A stretch of 32,000 bases of DNA from Aliivibrio fischeri ES114 (GCF_000011805.1 NC_006840.2), one strand, 5' to 3'. Positions 21,538-31,390 are shown, numbered from the stretch's first letter. Notes: generated by a model from the letters alone, not told the origin. Translations and numbers: made by a program.

Positions 21538-22653
21538 TTATCTTTTTTCGTTCAAAATAATACGTAGGGTACGACGAAGTGGCTCTGCTGCGCCCCATAG
21601 TAATTGGTCACCAACCGTAAAGGCATTTAAAAACTCATTACCCATCGACATTTTACGTAAGCGACCAACTGGAACAGATAATGTCCCTGTTACTTTTGCC
21701 GGAGTTAATTCCTGTGCCGTAATATCACGCTCATTAGGGATCACTTTAACCCAATCATTATGCGTTGCGATGATCTCTTCAATTTCATCCATTGGAACAT
21801 CTTGCTTTAACTTAATCGTTAATGCTTGCGAGTGACAACGCATTGCCCCAATACGCACACACGTACCATCAATTGGTACAGGAGTGTTTTCAAGCCCTAG
21901 AATCTTGTTCGTTTCTACTGTTGCTTTCCATTCTTCTTTACTTTGACCATTTTCACGCTTTACATCAATCCATGGGATCAAAGAACCCGCTAATGGAGCA
22001 CCAAATTCAGAGGTAGGAAAAGAACTAGAACGAATGGTTTCAGCCACTTTTCTATCAATATCTAAAATTGAACTCGCAGGATTTGCCAACTCAGAAGTCA
22101 CACAATCATTAACCACGCCCATTTGTGAAATCAGCTCACGCATATTTTTCGCACCAGCACCTGAAGCAGCTTGGTATGTCATTGCACTCATCCATTCAAC
22201 TAGACCCGCTTTATACAAACCACCTAATCCCATTAGCATTAAACTAACGGTACAGTTACCACCTACGTATGTATTGGTTCCGGCATGGATGCCTTGCTGA
22301 ATTTGCTCAAAGTTGACAGGATCAAGGGTAATAATGGCATCATCTTTCATACGTAATGTCGATGCAGCATCAATCCAGTAACCTTTCCAACCTGCTTGTC
22401 TAAGTGCTGGGTACACTTTTTCAGTATAACTGCCACCCTGACACGTAATGATGGCATCTAATTTTGATAGTGATTGAATATCAAATGCATCTTGTAATAG
22501 CCCTGCATCTTTACCAAGGTTTGGAGCTGGAATCCCAACTTGCGATGTGGTGTAAAATACAGGTTCGATATGATCGAAATCGCGCTCTTCAACCATACGT
22601 TGCATCAATACAGAACCAACCATACCGCGCCAACCAACTAAACCTACTCTCAT
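21538..22653 (-). CDS. asd: Aspartate-semialdehyde dehydrogenase
   Basis: [43 protein letters not shown] (catalytic Cys), [14 protein letters not shown]. Confidence 0.96.
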   Translation of the reverse strand: MRVGLVGWRGMVGSVLMQRMVEERDFDHIEPVFYTTSQVGIPAPNLGKDAGLLQDAFDIQSLSKLDAIITCQGGSYTEKVYPALRQAGWKGYWIDAASTLRMKDDAIITLDPVNFEQIQQGIHAGTNTYVGGNCTVSLMLMGLGGLYKAGLVEWMSAMTYQAASGAGAKNMRELISQMGVVNDCVTSELANPASSILDIDRKVAETIRSSSFPTSEFGAPLAGSLIPWIDVKRENGQSKEEWKATVETNKILGLENTPVPIDGTCVRIGAMRCHSQALTIKLKQDVPMDEIEEIIATHNDWVKVIPNERDITAQELTPAKVTGTLSVPVGRLRKMSMGNEFLNAFTVGDQLLWGAAEPLRRTLRIILNEKR

Positions 22654-23277
22654 TTTACTCTCCCTGTAATCTTAAAAAATAAATACGCTTCCTCCATCTA
22701 TATGATGAACAGAATAAAATCTCAAGCACTATTTTTATATGATTTGAAATAAATGCCGTCTTATTTCCTTACATGTGAACGAATAGATATAAGAGAAAAA
22801 GCGCAATAAACCACCAATTCAATAATTATCTTTTTAGTAAAAGACAATTTGAAACAACATAAATATAACTTTTATGCACCTTACTTTAATTCGAATCAAA
22901 AACCTTCAAAAGTAAGCTCTTAACACTTCTTACACCTAGTTACATTTCATAAAATTTCACCAAAAACCAAGAAAGCAAACGTTTAAACTAATAATCACTG
23001 ACAAAAAGTGAGGTTAAGTTACTATTTATGCTATTTTTTAATACAAAATAAAAACATCAACTCATTTTTAAAATCAAATAAATCATTAATTAAAACTATT
23101 TATTAACGCTAAAATTACGTTTTTATTGTGAAATTAACAAGAGTAGAGATAAAAATCACAAATAAACCAGAGTTAATCGATCTATTGTTGATCATAAGGT
23201 AAAGTGCACCTCGTTTAGAAAACACAACCCCTTATCGTATGAATTTTATTCATACATACAAAAAAGAGGCTTTATAC

Positions 23278-24714
23278 ATGAAGCAAGCAACAACAAAGTT
23301 ACCTTCGATTACGCAGGTAATTATATCTTTAGGGCTATTTCTACTTCTTGCCTTTTCATTCACGGCACAACTTGACCTACCTATTCAACTAGCTCTTTAC
23401 ATCGGCTGGTTCATTATCATGACGTTAGGTATCAAATTAGGCCATGATTATAAATCTTTAGAAAAAGCAGCTCTAAATGGCATCTCCAATGGACTAGGAG
23501 CAGTATTAATTCTCTTGGCTGTTGGCGCATTAGTGGGTACTTGGATCTCTGGTGGTATTGTTCCAACCATTATTTACTACGGCCTAAAAGCCATTCACCC
23601 ATCTATCTTCCTTTTAGCTACAATGATCATCTGTTCATTAACGGCTCTTGCAACAGGAACATCATGGGGTGCGGCTGGTACAGCTGGTATTGCAATGATG
23701 GGGATCGGTCAAGGTCTTGGTGTTCCAGCACCAATTACTGCTGGTGCAATCCTTTCAGGCTGTTACTTTGGCGACAAAATGTCTCCACTTTCAGATTCTG
23801 TAATTCTTGCTTCTTCAATGTCTAATGTTGAAGTTATGGAGCACATTAAAGGCATGCTGCCTGTTGCTCTTATCAGCTACATCATCACTGGTATTATGTT
23901 TACTGCATTTGGTTTCCACTTTGCAGGTAACGTAGACATGAGCCAAGTTGATTCTGTTATCTTAGCAATGGAAGAGCAATTTGTTATCTCTCCATTCTCA
24001 TTTGTTCCTGTTGTTATTGTTCTTGGCCTATTGGCGATGAGAATGCCTTCTTTCCCAGTGATCAGCTTTGGTTCTCTTTTGGGTATTGTATGGGCTGTAA
24101 TGGTACAAGATATCGATTTTTTGACAGCATTTAATACTGCATGGGCACCTTTCTCAATTTCATCTGGTGTTGAGTTTATTGATGCGATCCTAAACCGTGG
24201 TGGTATGTCTTCAATGCTTGGCTCAGTTGCAGTTATCGTATTTGGTCTAGGTTTTGGTGGTCTATTAGATAAAGTAGGTGTTCTTGAAACCGTTGCTAAA
24301 CTATTTGAAAAACGAGTTCAAGGCCCAGGTTCTCTTGCAACAAGTACGATTGCGACTGCTTTCTTTGGTAACATCTTCGGTTCGGCGATGTATGTATCGC
24401 TTATCCTTACACCAAAGATTTGTGCGAAAAACTACGACCGTTTAGGTTACAAACGTAAGAACCTATCTCGTAATGCTGAGTTTGGTGGTACGTTAACTTC
24501 AGGTATGGTTCCTTGGAGTGATAATGGTATCTACATGGCAAGCATCTTAGGCGTAGCTACACTGTCTTATGCACCATTCATGTGGTTAAGCTTCGTATGT
24601 ATTATCGTAACGATTGTAACTTCATACTTCGGTTGGTTTGTTGATAAATGCGAACCAACAGTAACGGTAGAAGAAACTGATGAAGCTATCGCTGTAGAAA
24701 CAAAAACAGCATAA
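23278..24714 (+). CDS. Na+/H+ antiporter NhaC family protein (second NhaC-like paralog)
   Basis: ORF 23239..24714; start with SD (AGAGG) at 23278 gives MKQATTKLPSITQVIISLGLFLLLAFSF. Contains TALATGTSWGAAGTAGIAMMG and GCYFGDKMSPLSDSVILASSMSNVEVMEHI. Confidence 0.88.
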   Translation: MKQATTKLPSITQVIISLGLFLLLAFSFTAQLDLPIQLALYIGWFIIMTLGIKLGHDYKSLEKAALNGISNGLGAVLILLAVGALVGTWISGGIVPTIIYYGLKAIHPSIFLLATMIICSLTALATGTSWGAAGTAGIAMMGIGQGLGVPAPITAGAILSGCYFGDKMSPLSDSVILASSMSNVEVMEHIKGMLPVALISYIITGIMFTAFGFHFAGNVDMSQVDSVILAMEEQFVISPFSFVPVVIVLGLLAMRMPSFPVISFGSLLGIVWAVMVQDIDFLTAFNTAWAPFSISSGVEFIDAILNRGGMSSMLGSVAVIVFGLGFGGLLDKVGVLETVAKLFEKRVQGPGSLATSTIATAFFGNIFGSAMYVSLILTPKICAKNYDRLGYKRKNLSRNAEFGGTLTSGMVPWSDNGIYMASILGVATLSYAPFMWLSFVCIIVTIVTSYFGWFVDKCEPTVTVEETDEAIAVETKTA

Positions 24715-24735
24715 TTTCTTAGTTTACTCATTAAA

Positions 24736-24768
24736 TAAAAATGCCAGTGATTGATCACTGGCATTTTT
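24736..24768 (+). terminator. Terminator downstream of the second NhaC-family gene
   Basis: AAAAATGCCAGTGATTGATCACTGGCATTTTT: near-perfect stem and T run. Confidence 0.9.
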
Positions 24769-24981
24769 GTATCTAGCACTTAATTATTCGGATTATGTTT
24801 ATTATACCATTCTGGATAAGTAGTTATTCAGATAATTGCGTAGGAAAAATCGATTAGAGCAAGGCATAAATTACAGTAACTAGTAGATCTAATTACACCT
24901 AATTTTTGCAATAAAAAGGTATAACGCAGATATAATCGATTTTAACAAGCAAGAATGATCAAATACTTATGTAGATTGGTA

Positions 24982-26172
24982 TTACACTGTGGTTTTCTTA
25001 ACTGCCGCTCTTTTTCCTAAGAAATACCCTAACCCTAGAGGAGCAAAGAAAATAGCCAAGATAAACAAAATGAAGTAAATGATTGTACTCTTAATTAAAT
25101 CGATCACTTTATCCATAGCAAGAGTTAAAACATCTTGGGATACTTGATCTAAATCCTGAGTAAACTTCTCACGCTCTTGAGTTACAATGATTGCAATAGC
25201 CTTACGCTCTCTTTCAACCATATCAACCAATTCTTTACGCTCACGAGCTACCATGGCTTCTAAAGCAATACGCTCTGCACTTAATTGATTCAGTTTATCA
25301 TCGGTTTTCATGTCCAAATCATCAAGCAACGGCTGCAGCTGAATACTCATCTGCTCGGCAAGATTTTGCATATATTCTGGGTTATTTTTCACGAAATCCT
25401 GGAACGATTGCGATGTATTTCGTAAGCTCTCTAGTGTTTTGTTCACGTCATTGCCATTAATCGTACTATTCATGGCAATCAATTCAGCTTTCCACGTCAT
25501 AATTTTTGGCGTTTGTTCAGAAACTAAACCAAGACGATCAGACACATCACCTAGTGCTTCAGGCATAGTACCTAGTGTCGCTACTGCTTCTGTTTCATCA
25601 ATATTTTGATGAGCTAACCAAGCCTTTAATGCAGGTGTTCTACGCATCATTAAACTATCAAATGCATGATCTTTTACAAATTGAGTAACAAACTCTTTCC
25701 CTGATTTAAATTCTGAGCCAGATAATAGTTTTTCTGCCATGTTTTCAATATCGACATATAAAGCCTGACTGGTTTTGTAATCAATATCACTATCAAAGAG
25801 CTCAGCACCTTTACCTTCTGGAGAGAAAAATTGCTCCATTTGTGCTACAAACACCCAAGTATCAATCAATGCCACTTTTGGAGATACTTGGTATGCTGCA
25901 CGCTGAAGCCCTTCTTCTGCATGAATCTTCCACAATAAAACATAAGACTGATGTAAGGTGTCATCTTTAGGGTAAGTTAATGCGATTTCATCTGCCGCAG
26001 ATTCTACTTCACTAAAGAAATGCTTACTGTATTCACGAGTTAAAATACGTGTATTTAGCTCTGCTGTTGTTAATGGCACAGATTGAGACTCTAACTTTAC
26101 TTCAAGAAGAGAACAGCCATTAAGCATCAAAAGAGAGATAATAATAGAAAAGAATTTAGAGGTGTGTTTCAT
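24982..26172 (-). CDS. Predicted lipoprotein with coiled-coil region and C-terminal TM helix, function unknown
   Basis: MKHTSKFFSIIISLLMLNGCSLLEV (lipobox LNGC, Ser at +2), charged helix SAERIALEAMVARERKELVDMVERERKAIAIIVTQEREKFTQDL, hydrophobic STIIYFILFILAIFFAPLGLGYFLG. ORF extends to 26178; start taken at the second Met. Confidence 0.8.
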   Translation of the reverse strand: MKHTSKFFSIIISLLMLNGCSLLEVKLESQSVPLTTAELNTRILTREYSKHFFSEVESAADEIALTYPKDDTLHQSYVLLWKIHAEEGLQRAAYQVSPKVALIDTWVFVAQMEQFFSPEGKGAELFDSDIDYKTSQALYVDIENMAEKLLSGSEFKSGKEFVTQFVKDHAFDSLMMRRTPALKAWLAHQNIDETEAVATLGTMPEALGDVSDRLGLVSEQTPKIMTWKAELIAMNSTINGNDVNKTLESLRNTSQSFQDFVKNNPEYMQNLAEQMSIQLQPLLDDLDMKTDDKLNQLSAERIALEAMVARERKELVDMVERERKAIAIIVTQEREKFTQDLDQVSQDVLTLAMDKVIDLIKSTIIYFILFILAIFFAPLGLGYFLGKRAAVKKTTV

Positions 26173-26312
26173 TAACAACCCTACCTAACCAAAAATGATA
26201 ATTAAAGAGTAGATAGGGTATCATTTTGTAAAAAGCAAGCTATCAAATATTTGAGAAGAGTTGTCAAAACGCACTCAAATAGACAGCTTACTTTTGATCA
26301 TATAAGCAACAA

Positions 26313-27329
26313 TTATGATTCAGAAGAACCTAATCGACGCGTTAATTGATCTTTAAGATTTGGCGGAGTGCCCTTGATTGTTAACGTATCCGTTTCTGGA
26401 TCATAAAAAACACGCTCACCAAGCAGCATTGCATCAAAATTTAATGATAAACCACCACCAGCACCAACAAATTTTGTTAATTTTCGTAATGCGGTACGAT
26501 CAACAGGGAAAGACTCTTCTAATTCATATCCTTGCTCTTCTGCAAATTGATAAAAATTTGAGCCTGACTCAGACGTTGGTAATTCACTAGCTAGCTCTTT
26601 AACTGTTAACTCTTCACCAGCTTGAAGCTGACCATTACAGTAATCATAAACTTGTTTGCGATATGGTTGTTTTTCTTCTTGGTCTAAACGTTCGTCAGCA
26701 CAAAAATCTTCAACCGCTTGCATTAATACTTGGTTTTGAACCTTAGTATCCATACCAACATCAGCTTGTAAGAAATCTAAGAAGAAATCAGAGACCTTAC
26801 GACCAACACGACCCTTAATGAAAGTCAGGTAACGATTCGAATCTGAATCGGTTTCCCAAGTTGATAAATCAATACGTGCAGCAATATCCATTTTTGCAAT
26901 ATCAAGATAATCAGTCGCACTAATATCTAACTGCTCAGTGACTTTCATACTTTCATTTGATGGTAATACCGCGACAAACAGGTATTCAGTAGCCAATGAT
27001 TGGTATTCAGCAATAACTAAAATACCTTCTTCTGCGAATGGATATTTAATCAGCTCAGATTTTAACTTCTCTGCTGAATTGTTGCTAAACTCTAAAAAAG
27101 GCGTTTCGTTCTTGCGAACAGATGATAACCAATGACCAAACTCACTTTCAGTTTTGAAAACACCGAAGCCTTTACCCGCTTTTGAATTAAATACACGATG
27201 TAACTCAGAAACAAGGGCTTCTGTGAACTCTTCGTTCTCAAGAGTTTGATTTCTTAGACAAACTTCAAGTTCATCTTGCTCATTTTTTACTAATTTATGT
27301 AAAATTACGTTTGAAAGGGTTAAACTCAT
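26313..27329 (-). CDS. yejK: Nucleoid-associated protein YejK (NdpA)
   Basis: MSLTLSNVILHKLVKNEQDELEVCLRN ... DVGMDTKVQNQVLMQAVEDFC; divergent from yejL as in gammaproteobacteria. Start at 27329 rather than 27371. Confidence 0.92.
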   Translation of the reverse strand: MSLTLSNVILHKLVKNEQDELEVCLRNQTLENEEFTEALVSELHRVFNSKAGKGFGVFKTESEFGHWLSSVRKNETPFLEFSNNSAEKLKSELIKYPFAEEGILVIAEYQSLATEYLFVAVLPSNESMKVTEQLDISATDYLDIAKMDIAARIDLSTWETDSDSNRYLTFIKGRVGRKVSDFFLDFLQADVGMDTKVQNQVLMQAVEDFCADERLDQEEKQPYRKQVYDYCNGQLQAGEELTVKELASELPTSESGSNFYQFAEEQGYELEESFPVDRTALRKLTKFVGAGGGLSLNFDAMLLGERVFYDPETDTLTIKGTPPNLKDQLTRRLGSSES

Positions 27330-27409
27330 AATAGAAAAGGTTTTTAGTTGACGTACATAGTAGGTTATCATAAGCCGCTTTCACTATCATTAACTGACTG
27401 AAAAGACTT

Positions 27410-27637
27410 ATGGCTATTACTTCAAAATACAGCAACAAACAAATTGAACAAATGTTAACAGAGATGGTCGATGTATTAGACAAACATCGTGCACCAGCTG
27501 ATTTATCTCTAATGCTAGTTGGTAACATTGCAACAAACGTTCTAAACCAAGAAGTGCCAGCAGAACAGCGCCAAATCATCGCTGAAAAATTTGCTCAAGC
27601 ACTACTTAGCTCACTAGATAAACCAAAAACTCACTAA
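27410..27637 (+). CDS. yejL: YejL family protein (DUF1414)
   Basis: [50 protein letters not shown]; conserved yejK-yejL-yejM context. Confidence 0.9.
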
Positions 27638-27656
27638 GAGCGAGAATTCACAGACC

Positions 27657-29465
27657 ATGGTTGATAGCGGGAATACATACGGCGACAAAGTTTCTAAGTT
27701 AATTACTTGGGGTCACTGGTTTAGCTTTTTCAATATCATTGCAGCAATGCTTATTGGTACGCGTTATATAGCGCAATCACCATGGCCTGAGACCTTTCTT
27801 GGTCAAACCTATCTTGTATTAAACTGGATAGGTCACTTTGGTTTCTTAATCTTTGGGTTTTACATTCTTGTTCTGTTTCCACTGACCTTTATTACGCCAT
27901 CGCAACGACTTATGCGTATTTTAAGTGTCATCATTGCAACGGCAGGAATGACTCTACTCTTATTAGATACATACGCTTATCAAAACCTTCATTTACATAT
28001 CACGCCGCTAGTGTGGGATATGTTACTTAACAATGATAAATCCAATTTAAATACACAATGGCAATACTTGTTCATTGTGGTACCCGTAATATTCCTACTA
28101 CAACTCTCATTATCTGAATGGGTTTGGAATAAACTACGTAAACTTGCTCATAAGCATGTTGGTCGTCCATTTGCGATCACATTTGCCATCGCTTTTATTG
28201 GTAGTCACTTAATTCATACTTGGGCTGATGCATCAGCTTATGGTCCAGTAACGGCTCAGCGCGCTACATTCCCGCTCTCTTACCCTATGACAGCTCGTTC
28301 ATTTTTAGAAAAGCACGGATTCATTGACCGCGAGGCACTTGCAAAACAAATTCAAAATGAAGGAACTGGTGGCGCAACAGAAGCAATGCGTTACCCTCTT
28401 GAGCCTATTGCGTTTAAAACAAAACAAAAAGATTACAACTTGCAAATCATTATGATTGATAGCCTTCGAGCAGATACGCTAAATCATACTGACACACCAA
28501 ATTTAACTCGATTTGCACAAAACAATCTGAACTATAACAACCACTACAGTGCGAGTAATAATCCAACAAGTTTATTCGGGTTATTCTATGGTCTGCCTGG
28601 TAATTACGTAGATAGTTTTAGAAACTCACACATCGAATCACCAATTTTAACCGAACTACACGCTAGAAATTACCAATTTGGTCTATTTAGTGGCGATGAT
28701 TTTAATTCATCTCTGTATAAGCAAATCATCTTTACCAACGGTGAAATTGCTCAATCAACAGAAAAAATGAATGATAAAAAAGCAATTTCACAATGGAAAG
28801 ATTGGTTCGGTCAACAAACAAGTGATAAACCTTGGTTTAGTTATTTAGAGCTTACATCTGTTTCTGAATACGATGACGCTGCGCCGATTTCGACTTCGAA
28901 TGTAAGTCAAAACCTATTTGAAACAAACTACCGTAAGGCAGTACAAAAAACAGATAAACAACTTAAAGCTGTTTTATCAACCTTAAAACAGTCCCCTGAC
29001 TGGGAAAAAACCATTGTTATCATCACTTCAAACCACGGTATGGAATTTGATGAAACACAAACAAACAGTTGGGGCTCAAGCACTAACTTTAGTGAGTATC
29101 AACTACGTGTTCCAATGCTTATCCATTGGCCAAATGTAGAACCAGAACTCATTACAACAACATCTAGTCATTTAGATTTAGCGCCCACTTTAATGGAAGA
29201 GTTTTTAGGTACAACAACCCCTGCAAATAGCTACAGCAGTGGTATTAACCTATTTGACCAAACAGAAGAGCGTAATTGGTTACTTGCTGGAGACAGAAAA
29301 AATATAGCACTAATAACAGGAACAAATACTGTTGTTATTGATACTTTTGGTAACTATCGAGTTTACGATGAAAACTATCGTCGTTTAAAAGATGAGAAAC
29401 CAAAACTGTCTTTATTAATGCAAGGTATCTCTGAATTGAAGCGTTTTTACCACCCTAAAAAATAA
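27657..29465 (+). CDS. yejM: Inner-membrane sulfatase-fold protein YejM/PbgA (DUF3413)
   Basis: N-terminal TM domain (KLITWGHWFSFFNIIAAMLIGTRY), sulfatase-like IIMIDSLRADTLNHTDTPNLTRFAQNNLNYNNHYSASNNPTSLFGLFYG and IVIITSNHGMEFDET. Confidence 0.93.
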   Translation: MVDSGNTYGDKVSKLITWGHWFSFFNIIAAMLIGTRYIAQSPWPETFLGQTYLVLNWIGHFGFLIFGFYILVLFPLTFITPSQRLMRILSVIIATAGMTLLLLDTYAYQNLHLHITPLVWDMLLNNDKSNLNTQWQYLFIVVPVIFLLQLSLSEWVWNKLRKLAHKHVGRPFAITFAIAFIGSHLIHTWADASAYGPVTAQRATFPLSYPMTARSFLEKHGFIDREALAKQIQNEGTGGATEAMRYPLEPIAFKTKQKDYNLQIIMIDSLRADTLNHTDTPNLTRFAQNNLNYNNHYSASNNPTSLFGLFYGLPGNYVDSFRNSHIESPILTELHARNYQFGLFSGDDFNSSLYKQIIFTNGEIAQSTEKMNDKKAISQWKDWFGQQTSDKPWFSYLELTSVSEYDDAAPISTSNVSQNLFETNYRKAVQKTDKQLKAVLSTLKQSPDWEKTIVIITSNHGMEFDETQTNSWGSSTNFSEYQLRVPMLIHWPNVEPELITTTSSHLDLAPTLMEEFLGTTTPANSYSSGINLFDQTEERNWLLAGDRKNIALITGTNTVVIDTFGNYRVYDENYRRLKDEKPKLSLLMQGISELKRFYHPKK

Positions 29466-29494
29466 AAGGTGAATTAAAAACTCAAAATATTTCT

Positions 29495-29526
29495 AATCCC
29501 TTCCTTAATTGCGAAGGGATTTTTTT
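29495..29526 (+). terminator. Terminator downstream of yejM
   Basis: AATCCCTTCCTTAATTGCGAAGGGATTTTTTT. Confidence 0.85.
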
Positions 29527-29628
29527 GCCTATAAAATACGAACAACTGCTTTATCCACTCCAAATTGTCGCAATTGCGTTCAAAGTGAATGTTTTTAAAG
29601 CAAACGGAAAATATTTTAAAAAGAATAC

Positions 29629-29657
29629 TTTACAATAAGTAAGGGTATCGCTATTAT
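29629..29657 (+). promoter_or_regulatory. Promoter of first tRNA-Ser
   Basis: TTTACA - 17 nt - TATTAT followed by TCACCGCG discriminator, 10 nt before the mature tRNA 5' end. Confidence 0.7.
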
Positions 29658-29667
29658 TCACCGCGTT

Positions 29668-29758
29668 GGAGGGATGGCTGAGTGGTCGAAAGCACCGGTC
29701 TTGAAAACCGGCAAGGGTTAATAGCCCTTCTAGGGTTCAAATCCCTATCCCTCCGCCA
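29668..29758 (+). tRNA. tRNA-Ser(UGA), copy 1
   Basis: 91 nt GGAGGGATGGCTGAGTGG...CTTGAAA...TCCCTCCGCCA. Acceptor GGAGGGA/TCCCTCC, long variable arm, anticodon TGA, encoded CCA. Confidence 0.97.
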
Positions 29759-29796
29759 CTTTCGAGATTCAGATAGAGTCTGGGTTTCAAAAAATT

Positions 29797-29873
29797 GGAG
29801 CGGTAGTTCAGTTGGTTAGAATACCGGCCTGTCACGCCGGGGGTCGCGGGTTCGAGTCCCGTCCGCTCCGCCA
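29797..29873 (+). tRNA. tRNA-Asp(GUC)
   Basis: 77 nt GGAGCGGTAGTTCAGTTGGTTAGAATACCGGCCTGTCACGCCGGGGGTCGCGGGTTCGAGTCCCGTCCGCTCCGCCA; anticodon GTC. Confidence 0.97.
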
Positions 29874-29880
29874 ATACAAC

Positions 29881-29911
29881 GAAGGCATTGTCGAAAGACG
29901 ATGCCTTTTTT
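29881..29911 (+). terminator. Terminator downstream of tRNA-Asp
   Basis: AAGGCATTGTCGAAAGACGATGCCTTTTTT. Confidence 0.85.
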
Positions 29912-30144
29912 GTATCTGTTGAAAATGGAAATACTTCCGAGCACTAAATAAAGTCTGGATTTCAAAAAATCCATCACATCAATTCTTTAATTCTCAAAAT
30001 TTGCGTTAAAACTAAGACAATCAAACAAAGCATTTCAAAGAATTAGAAGCAGGTTGCGAAACTTCATTCAAACCATTATTAACCAAGGTACATTTGTATT
30101 AGCCTAAACTCGATTTTATAAAATAATAAGGCTAGATAAATACC

Positions 30145-30852
30145 ATGAAAAAATTATTTACTACATTAGCTGTTCTAAGCGCTCTTTCAGCAACGCCATT
30201 CGCTTCTGCATCAGAATGGGGTTATACAGGAGATACAGGCCCTAACCACTGGCATGGCGTTTGCCAAACAGGCGTAAACCAATCTCCAATTGACATTACC
30301 AATGCCATTGAGAGCGAATTAGAGCCGATTACGTTTAATTATGGTCAGGCTGGTGAAAACATCGTTAATAATGGCCATACGGTGCAGGTAAACATAAAAA
30401 GCCCACAATCAATTCAAGTTGAAGGTAAGACATTTAGCCTACTGCAACTGCACTTCCATGCTCCAAGTGAGAATTTAATTGCAGGACACTCATATCCGTT
30501 AGAGATGCACTTAGTTCATGCTGATAAAGATGGAAACTTAGCCGTTGTTGGTGTGATGTTTAAAGAAGGCAAAGCAAATCCAGAACTTGCTAAAATCTGG
30601 TCGCAAATGCCTGGATCAGGAGAAGTCACTCTTGATAAGAAATTAACACTAACGAACTTATTACCAAATGATCAAGCCTACTATCGTTTTAATGGCTCAT
30701 TAACGACACCACCTTGTTCTGAAGGAGTAACTTGGCTAGTAATGAAAAATCCTATTGAGATTTCATCTGAACAATTAGCTCAATTTAGAGAACTCTACAA
30801 CGGTAATAACCGTCCAACCCAGGCTATTAATGCTCGCCCTATCTTAAAATGA
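30145..30852 (+). CDS. Alpha-type carbonic anhydrase, periplasmic
   Basis: Signal peptide MKKLFTTLAVLSALSATPFASA, WGYTGDTGPNHWHGV, QSPIDIT, zinc-ligand motifs LLQLHFHAPSEN and YPLEMHLVH. Confidence 0.95.
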   Translation: MKKLFTTLAVLSALSATPFASASEWGYTGDTGPNHWHGVCQTGVNQSPIDITNAIESELEPITFNYGQAGENIVNNGHTVQVNIKSPQSIQVEGKTFSLLQLHFHAPSENLIAGHSYPLEMHLVHADKDGNLAVVGVMFKEGKANPELAKIWSQMPGSGEVTLDKKLTLTNLLPNDQAYYRFNGSLTTPPCSEGVTWLVMKNPIEISSEQLAQFRELYNGNNRPTQAINARPILK

Positions 30853-30860
30853 TAACGAAA

Positions 30861-30899
30861 ATGCCGTAAATCCACACAAAATGCTCGAATTTACGGCAA
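30861..30899 (+). terminator. Stem-loop downstream of carbonic anhydrase, possible terminator
   Basis: TGCCGTAAAT...ATTTACGGCA inverted repeat about 10 nt after the stop; no good T run. Confidence 0.45.
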
Positions 30900-30924
30900 A
30901 CAGTACTTAATTTTAAAAGAGTGC

Positions 30925-30953
30925 TTTACATGAAGGTGGGGAACGCCTATTAT
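30925..30953 (+). promoter_or_regulatory. Promoter of second tRNA-Ser
   Basis: TTTACA - 17 nt (TGAAGGTGGGGAACGCC) - TATTAT, then TCACCGCG. Confidence 0.7.
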
Positions 30954-30963
30954 TCACCGCGTT

Positions 30964-31054
30964 GGAGGGATGGCTGAGTGGTCGAAAGCACCGGTCTTGA
31001 AAACCGGCAAGGGTTAATAGCCCTTCTAGGGTTCAAATCCCTATCCCTCCGCCA
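30964..31054 (+). tRNA. tRNA-Ser(UGA), copy 2
   Basis: Same 91-nt sequence as copy 1. Confidence 0.97.
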
Positions 31055-31060
31055 CTTTCT

Positions 31061-31090
31061 AAGCCCTAGCAGAAATGCTGGGGCTTTTTC
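31061..31090 (+). terminator. Terminator of second tRNA-Ser
   Basis: AAGCCCTAGCAGAAATGCTGGGGCTTTTT. Confidence 0.85.
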
Positions 31091-31390
31091 GTATACGCAA
31101 ATAAAAATTGCTTTCAAAAAAATAAGTCATAAAGCCCTTCTCTTTGTTGGTAATAATCAAAAAGCACTGCCGCTTATCTAAATACCTACTATTCAAGTAA
31201 CAACTAAAAATCGATATAAACAAACACATAAAAACAATAGATACTTAAAAACCGATCTCTTATTTTTTGTTCAACATCAAATCAATCTTGCCTAACAATA
31301 AAGCGAAATGTTCGATTTTAAAGCAAATGATGCGTAATTTAAAAAGAGTGCTTTACATGAAGGTGGGGAACGCCTATTATTCATCGCGTT

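Larger units (their letters stand above)
30878..31100 (+). repeat. Direct repeat copy 1 containing promoter, tRNA-Ser and terminator
   Basis: Matches about 31305-31527. Near-identical from AAAAGAGTGCTTTACATGAAGGTGGGGAACGCCTATTAT through TTTCTAAGCCCTAGCAGAAATGCTGGGGCTTTTTCGTAT; weaker similarity further upstream (AAATGCTCGAATTT vs AAATGTTCGATTTT). Confidence 0.85.

Noticed and set aside
23237-23255. Calling the inverted repeat a definite ARG box
   Set aside because: The centre is 3 nt rather than the canonical 4, so it is only reported as a hypothesis.
22654-23277. Possible second lysine riboswitch before the other NhaC gene or asd
   Set aside because: I looked for AGAGGNGC, AAGAGTA and GCCGAAG signatures on both strands and did not find them.
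30978-31181. 67-aa ORF MVESTGLENRQGLIALLGF...
   Set aside because: It overlaps tRNA-Ser copy 2 and its terminator; translation of a tRNA gene, not a protein.
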